DNA of 64,000 bases from Phallusia mammillata. Its lineage: Eukaryota. The stretch spans positions 9,052,001 through 9,116,000 of the forward strand of contig OZ281498.1 in NCBI GenBank assembly GCA_965637545.1, given 5' to 3'. The position numbers and the translations under genes were made by a program. Below, piece after piece: positions 57,601-64,000 of the stretch (the stretch's first letter is position 1; each line of letters opens with the position of its first letter). Under the pieces are notes generated by a model. The model did not search any database and was not told where the DNA came from. It was given only the letters and a program-made list of their open reading frames with translations.

Positions 57601-60600
57601 TGTGCATTTATGGATTTACTGGTGATGCCTGTGAAACAGGTAATTGTAAAAAAAACATGTACATTAAACTTTGGTTAATCTGGATTTGACTAATCCAAAT
57701 CTTCGACTAATGTGTACAAAACTCAACCTTCAAATGATTTGTAATATGGTGAGACTTAAACTAATCAACATTGGTAAGCCCGGATCTTCGCCTAATCCAG
57801 ACCAATTTTTTGGTCCAAACAGGATTTACTGCGGTTTACTGTATAAATGGATCGATAAAAATGTATTTTCAGTAAACTTCGTATGGGAAAACCCACTTAC
57901 TATCAAATTGTAGAAATATGGACCTAAATAAATTTGTCATTGTAACGTCAGGCTAAATAAGGTTTTGATTGTATGAAATACTAAATCCTGTGTTTAGAAA
58001 TTTTACCCTCTGAACAAACATCTGGGTCTTATATCAGTGGGGATGATGTTGAAGACAGCAGAACCAGTGGTGACACTTCAGGTACTGTGTTACTTAGGGT
58101 AATTGTTTTAACATTAAAATTTATGATCTTTAACAAGAAACAGACAATGTTTTGCATCTTTTGTATGCATAAAATTACAGACTTTCGATTTTATCATTTT
58201 TAAAAACCTATGTTTTGGAGATAACCCATCATCTAAATATCTCACTAATAAAGTAATGCTTAAATTCTTTGAAAATAAGTCGCAAATATGAACCACTTGT
58301 ATTATGTACTGGGTTGAGCTGAGCCAGAACCAGAGTACTCGGTACCGAACATCACTGTTTTGACGTTCGGTGCTCAGCCGAGCAGTTGCCCAAACATTAA
58401 ATCTGCAAATTCATGCCTTGCTAACATATAGAAATAGTGTTCGAAAGGGTATACAAGATCAAAAATGAATTGTTATAACAGGTAAGATGTTAAAAAATGC
58501 GTACTTTTTGGCGCCTGTACATCTAAATACATCGCTTTGCCCAAACTGTCCTGACATTAAATTTGAATATTCATGCCTGGTTAACATTTAAAACTAGTGT
58601 GGAATTGGGAATGTTTGTGATGTCACAATGCACTGAGCAGGCATTAACGAGCATTTACATGAGATCGGTGTTCGACCAAACAGAACATTTGCAATTTTGG
58701 CCTTTCCCTATTATGTACTGTATTTCAAAGTTAAAATACCTTTTATTGTGTTTTAAGGGTCTGGGACTAACAGCATTGAGACAGAAACACATCGTTATGA
58801 CAACATTATAGAAGAATGGCACTTAAATGGGGACTTTTCAGGTATACACATTTTCTAGATATAGCAGTATGAGTTTTCCATTCAAAGTTGTGTTGTCACA
58901 AGTTTGGAAAATCTTTATTTCCAGGTTAGTTGACAATCTTATAAAGAACAAATATATTTTACAAAATAAGCATCTTCAGTGTCTATAGAAAGCAATAAAA
59001 GGGATGAAAAGTAGAACAAGCTAATAGTTCCTTCACAAACCTGATCATTCCTCAACTGAAAGCCTAGCAAACTAAACCGACTGTGAACACGCAATAAAAG
59101 ATAAACTTGTGTTTCAGAAGATAGTTAAAACTTAGGCAAACTATCTTGTTTTATTTTATCTTCACAACTTATGTTCCATTTAATTGCATACTGAATCATA
59201 AACTCCTGCTCATCATTGGTCATAAAAATGCGATAATGTGTAAAATAACACACCCGCTTGGCCAATGTTTTTTTAGCCTATGTATAGTCCACTAAACCTG
59301 CTCAGCCAACAAAGCCAAGTTATTTGAGATCAGATTATGGCATTATTTTAAATACAGACCCTGATTATTAATTCTGTTTACAGAAACTTTATTTAAAGTG
59401 TTTAAAACATGATAAAAAAATATCCTTTATTATTCGTTTGTAATGTACAACTTTGTATGATGCTGTGCCAAATGTTAAAAACTTGAGAGACACCATTCAA
59501 ATAAAAAATGTTTGACCAAATTCAAATAAAAAACATTTAAAAATATTTTTTTATTCATCGTAGGTTCTGGGAGCGTAACAACTTTAACAGACTTTCAAGG
59601 CAGGTTTTAGTTTGTTTTGTTTGTGTATTGTAAATAAATTACAAGCGAAACTATCTCATGTAATCTCACTATTTGGAGGTGTCCATTCTTGTTATATTTT
59701 GGTGCCCAATCTAATTCAAGTTATAAAAGTTTAAAAATATATAAAAAAAACTAAAAAAACTAGTGTTTGAAAGGGTATCCAAGATCAAAAATGATAAAAA
59801 AAAATAATAAAAAAAGGAAAACAAAAATGTAGTTTTGAAATTTGTTTTGCAGGTTCTGGTAGCAAAGTATGTGAAGAATTTAGTTCAGGCTATTGGCTTG
59901 GGTCAGGTTCTGGATCAGGATTTGGGGACTTTCAAGGTATTCATTTTATTAGTGGAACCTGAGTTATTGAAGTATGAACTAGTGATGTCGTGGACAGAAA
60001 TTCTGTCGTGGACAGTTCGCAAACTGCACCGAAACTGCAAATTTTGAAAAAAAGTTTGTTGATACTGCACTGCACCGCATATAATATTGTACCATAAACC
60101 CCACATCAGTTCTTAAGTTTGCATTGGAAACATTTAACATTAAACACATTTTATTGTTTACTTTGAAAAGCTACAAGTTTACATGAAATGGTCAAACAGC
60201 AACAGTTTTACAAAATCATAAATTCCAAGCAAACTTGAACAATATAACACAAACCAACAACAAAATACAACACTTTTCTAAAAACTAACAATAATTAAAC
60301 TTTTGAATCTAGACATAACAGATTATGTTTTTTTATGACAGAAAAACGTAACAAATCTGTGTACATATTGTCGATGTTTTTTTAAAGCAAAAGTTATAAA
60401 ATAAGTTGCATGGTGTGCGGCATCGACGCAGCATAAAAAGTTTTTAGACCCGCAGCAGTACATTCAAATTTACCAAAAAAATTACGCGGTCGTCTAAGCG
60501 GCGCGATTGACACCACTAGTATGAAGCTGTAAATAAATTTTCTATTCAATATTCTTCCTGAAAAAATTGTTACTATCTGTCAAGTTGTGAGGTCTTAATG

Positions 60601-61226
60601 AGGCGATTAAAAGGCTCTTATCCTGTAATTTCAAAGCTTAATAGTGTGACTGTTGTTAACTGTTGTTTTTTATTCATTTTGTAAGTAGTGTCTAACATAC
60701 TAAGATTTGAATTAGTTAAAAACAGGGGTGTACAACCTCTTTGCTATGACGGCCGTATTGCAGGGTCTTATTTTACCAACAGCCGCCAATTTCCTGCTTG
60801 CTTATAATTACTGATATAAAATATGTACATCTATATGTATATATACCACCCAATAGTGCCTGAAAAAACCAGATAAATTAACTAACTTGATGCACAGCTG
60901 GAGCTGAACAGTCCTGCGATCAGTCTTAACTGTTTATGACATATTCATTTATATTGAGACATTTGTGGTGTCTGTTTTTTTTGTTAGCACACAATAGGTG
61001 TACAAAAAGTCGGACGCATTGGCTCCTAGGCTGGTAAAACTCTTTCTAGCTCCAGAAAATCTGTTTAGAGCAGTTTTAAAATTATTAAATTTGTTTTGCA
61101 GAAGCAAACTCTTCAGAAGACATATGGCATGACAGTCCATTGGACAAACTAGAATGGAGATATTGGTGTAACATTCTGAATTCCAACAAAGACATGGCTT
61201 CTGAATGTAAGCCGTTAATTAGATAA
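54556..61226 (+). CDS. Predicted secreted protein with three EGF-like repeats and Ser-Gly/acidic (proteoglycan-like) segments, ~450 aa
   Basis: join(54556..54604,54705..54830,55338..55498,55868..56231,56866..56949,57472..57639,57998..58081,58758..58841,59564..59599,59853..59936,61102..61206 or ..61226) stays in frame, with mostly phase-1 introns. Signal-like MNVKKHQNILYIWLLFDFIPYCTG-A; EGF-like TCINGERDDFGLCLCKAGFTGEAC, SCVHGIQERVFKQCICEDGYVGEYC, KCLHGIPVYTKSCLCIYGFTGDAC. The 3' end is uncertain: read-through stop at 61226, or a further exon at 61997 or 62420-62442. Confidence 0.8.
54705..54830 (+). CDS. EGF/SG protein exon 2 (EGF-like 1)
   Basis: DFIPYCTGAPLLVNRHTCINGERDDFGLCLCKAGFTGEACDI. 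Confidence 0.88.
55338..55498 (+). CDS. EGF/SG protein exon 3
   Basis: EYFDHFEVESRIIVIPPLLESDIQKATDFQDKSDDTIENKIIFYDYSGKERTLG; donor GTAAGT. Confidence 0.75.
55868..56231 (+). CDS. EGF/SG protein exon 4 (K/E/D-rich)
   Basis: VETAEFGKTLNG...QILNFTNSD; donor GTAAGA. Confidence 0.82.
56866..56949 (+). CDS. EGF/SG protein exon 5 (EGF-like 2)
   Basis: VSCVHGIQERVFKQCICEDGYVGEYCQS. Confidence 0.88.
57472..57639 (+). CDS. EGF/SG protein exon 6 (EGF-like 3)
   Basis: GTGEKYGDKESIHRSKDKGLLAQSRINLDDKCLHGIPVYTKSCLCIYGFTGDACET. Confidence 0.85.
57662..57841. mobile_element. Tc1/mariner-like MITE
   Basis: TA-CATTAAACT...GGTTTACTG-TA; reverse complement of the 47671-47839 family. Confidence 0.65.
57998..58081 (+). 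CDS. EGF/SG protein exon 7 (84 nt)
   Basis: EILPSEQTSGSYISGDDVEDSRTSGDTS. Confidence 0.75.
58758..58841 (+). CDS. EGF/SG protein exon 8 (84 nt)
   Basis: GSGTNSIETETHRYDNIIEEWHLNGDFS. Confidence 0.72.
59564..59599 (+). CDS. EGF/SG protein candidate 36-nt exon (GC donor)
   Basis: GSGSVTTLTDFQ; ends GACTTTCAAG|GCAGGT, the same exon end as the next exon. Confidence 0.45.
59853..59936 (+). CDS. EGF/SG protein exon (84 nt, SGSGSG)
   Basis: GSGSKVCEEFSSGYWLGSGSGSGFGDFQ. Confidence 0.78.
60309..60519 (+). mobile_element. Possible non-autonomous Helitron-like fragment
   Basis: Imperfect GC hairpin CGCGGTCG-TCTAAG-CGGCGCG followed ~10 nt later by CTAG|T; the 5' A|TC boundary is a guess. Confidence 0.25.
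61102..61206 (+). CDS. EGF/SG protein late exon (Trp-rich)
   Basis: EANSSEDIWHDSPLDKLEWRYWCNILNSNKDMASE; either spliced at GTAAGC or read through to TAA at 61226. Confidence 0.7.
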
Positions 61227-61441
61227 ATGATTATTTTATGCTTGTTAGGGGTCCCTGTTTGTTTAGGAGTGTGGTGGCTATCCAATTTTTTTAATCCAAG
61301 TTTTACCAGGATAGCAATTTTCCTGAAGCTATCCAACAAATATTTAGTTACCATATTTTTCATTTTTCCATAAAATCAACTGACTATTATCACAGCTGTA
61401 TAGGATTGTTGTTGCTTTAATGTCATACAAATCCCTTATGG

Positions 61442-61704
61442 CAGTGGTTGGCAACCGCCTGGCTACAGCCCAGTACAGGTCTGTGAGCCGTTCGTTACTA
61501 GTTGTATCCTTTTTAAGATTAAATGCTTCATTTATGTAATGCAACCCTTTCATATGGCTGCGTTGGCAAGTTTTAATATACAACTTGTATAAGCTGTAAT
61601 AAATTATTTTTTTTTGTTGAAAATTGTTTGTTTTTTGAAGGCCTGTTTGAGATAAAATTTCATTTCTAAAATAGTCTGCATTCCCAAAAGGATGCCAACC
61701 CCTG
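61442..61704. mobile_element. hAT MITE, 263 bp
   Basis: CAGTGGTTGGCAACC / GGATGCCAACCCCTG; TSD CCTTATGG / GCTTATGG (7/8). Confidence 0.82.
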
Positions 61705-63300
61705 GCTTATGGCATTTTGTTGCAATAAGTCACATAGACCACAATTTAGCCATCTGTTTTTGTGATGGTATTTGAGTGTTTAAAAAAGGTACAACGGATT
61801 TATTTAAATATGGAATAAGGTGGACTGGAAATGTCTTGATTTGTTGTATTTGATGTGTAGTTGTTGACAAAATCTTATATTACATTTTAGCCCACATTCT
61901 GGAAAATAAGTTTGTTGCTGTCATGACAGGAATCCACGGAACCGAATCTCGTATACATTACATTTCTTCTCATGTTGAATTTGGAAACATTTACAGGTGA
62001 AAGATATGTTTGTTTGTTTTTCAAGTTTAGTTAGCAAAGCAAGAACAATTATAAAGTACTCCAAGTGTATTAAAAGCATTACATGTAACCTTCCAATCAT
62101 TTCCATATATTGTAAGGCACAGCCTAATAATCATGTGTATGGCCCTTTCCCCAACTTTAACTTGCTGGGCAGTTTAGACGGGGCGGGTGGCCAATTGCTT
62201 ATGTCTTTCCAAATTCTCATTTTTGTTCAGGTAATGCGGGCCATAGTTTGGTGACCCCTGGGTGGATGGTTTCAGGGCTGATTCCAGTGATCTATATGTT
62301 TTTATCTTAGATAACTTTAACAGCTTTTTATTTTATTTTAAAGCCTGCTTTGAAAAGTTTAAAACTTGAAATATTTGCTGTTCAAGTAAATTGCATGTCA
62401 TCCTCATTTTTTGATGCAGGTTTTCATTCCTGCCTGAAATAAAAGGTGCAAAGTCACGGCTTGAATTGACAACTTGTTTTACAACCCCTCAGCATGCTGT
62501 GAGCCAATTTGGAACAGTTAACCTTAACCCATCTATAGGTTAGTATCAAAACTCATAATGTTTTGTCTAAATTTGTTCTTATAAGCAAGTAACAAATGCG
62601 GCATGGCTTCAACCCAAAAGGACCTGATGGGTTAAACTTGTGTTTCTCAATCTAACCAGGCACTTTTGAGGGGATCGCGTAGTTGCAACCCAACTCGGAA
62701 AGATTTTATACAAATTTTGGCCTAAATCACACAACAGTTTGATTTAAAATAGGCGCAACAGCTTTTACAAATATAAAGTTTTGTGATTGTGTTTTTGTTT
62801 GTTTTTTAATATAAAAAGAATGAAATATTGAAAATATTTCTTAGTAACAATAACATTTTTAGCAGTTTTCTGTACAGAAAAAAGCCGAACTCTTATAGTG
62901 AGGTTTGAAATTAAAAGTATGATAAAGACATTTTTGTAGTAAAACTTCTTAAATGTGTTTGTAAAGCCATCCAGTTGCACTACAAAATCCGTACAGGGGG
63001 TCGCAAAGCAAAAACATTCGAGAAACACTGGCTCAAACTAAATTGAAGTCATTAATTCCACTAAATCAAACATGAAATGAAAAGTAGTTATGATACAGGA
63101 CTTGATTTGGGATTTTATGTAAACATAACAAATTTAATCAAGAGTAAAAATAAAATAATGAAACCCCAGACACAGATTTAACAAGTACCTTGATTAAACA
63201 GAAATTCGATATAGTTAATAGATTCTTTTGCATACTTTTAACAATCGCCGTTGTTATTATCAATGCAAGGATTGTGTTCAGAGGGTAGTATTTGTAACTA

Positions 63301-63455
63301 CAGTAAACCTTGGTTGATCCGGACCAGTCTGGACCTAAAAAATAGTCCAAAGATTTGTATTAATTGATATAGATTGGTTTTACCGCATTACAATTCATTT
63401 GTACCTCAAGTTTTGTCAAAATTAGGCGAACATCTGGTTTAACTGGGGTTTACTG
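63301..63455. mobile_element. Tc1/mariner-like MITE, 155 bp
   Basis: TA-CAGTAAACC...GGTTTACTG-TA. Confidence 0.8.
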
Positions 63456-64000
63456 TACCTCAAAAATCATTTTCAAACGAGTTTAATATGGCTATTGTAG
63501 TGAATCCACTCTGGCAGCACACAACTGCTCCCATTTGGCTAATTTCTTCACCAAGAGGCACATGTGTCCTTCCCCTAAATTTTTTAAATTGCTTATATTG
63601 TGGGTGCCCAGATACAGTGTTTTACAGAAATATGTAGACAAAATGGTCACACAGTCCACTTAAAATGTGGTTATGGCTACGCCCATTTGTAATCAATCCA
63701 GTGGTTCCCAAACAGGGAGAAATTCCTCACAATTTTGAAACTTGAATAAAACCTGTGAAGTTAAGAAAAGACCCAATTTTTGAGTAATCTTTGTACGGTT
63801 TGGCATCTACTATGTAGTATATTAGGGAGGAATAAAATGTTTTAAATTGTCAAGTGAGGAATTTGTCGAAAAATATTATAAGATAATAATTTATGTAATG
63901 CATATTTTTGTAGTTTCGGCGCTGGGCACCTCCTGTCCCGCTGTACGAGAGCCTATTGATGCCATTCATGTTTACTCGTACGAACTGTACTTTCCCGAGC

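Overview
AT-rich eukaryotic (metazoan) genomic DNA with spliceosomal introns. The intron style and repeat content look like an invertebrate chordate such as a tunicate, but that is only an impression. No rRNA, tRNA or CRISPR array is supported. Main content: (1) an 8-exon mitochondrial pyrimidine-nucleotide carrier gene of the SLC25A33/SLC25A36/Rim2 family (+, 45229-50325, 410 aa); (2) an ~11-exon gene for a predicted secreted protein with three EGF-like repeats and Ser-Gly/acidic segments (+, from 54556); (3) three paralogous intact 68-codon ORFs (18805, 31531, 42258; +) with a synonymous-biased substitution pattern and no family I recognise; (4) a CpG-rich 89/93-bp satellite (~21.6-31.2 kb) with an exact 2304-bp, 25-monomer higher-order repeat, whose degenerate monomers also sit upstream of the other two 68-aa paralogs; (5) many non-autonomous DNA transposons (hAT with 8-bp TSDs, Tc1/mariner-like, one MULE-like) and an internally deleted hAT element. 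The best candidate for an undescribed system is the duplicated unit of satellite monomers plus the 68-aa microprotein gene. All coordinates and counts were read by hand.
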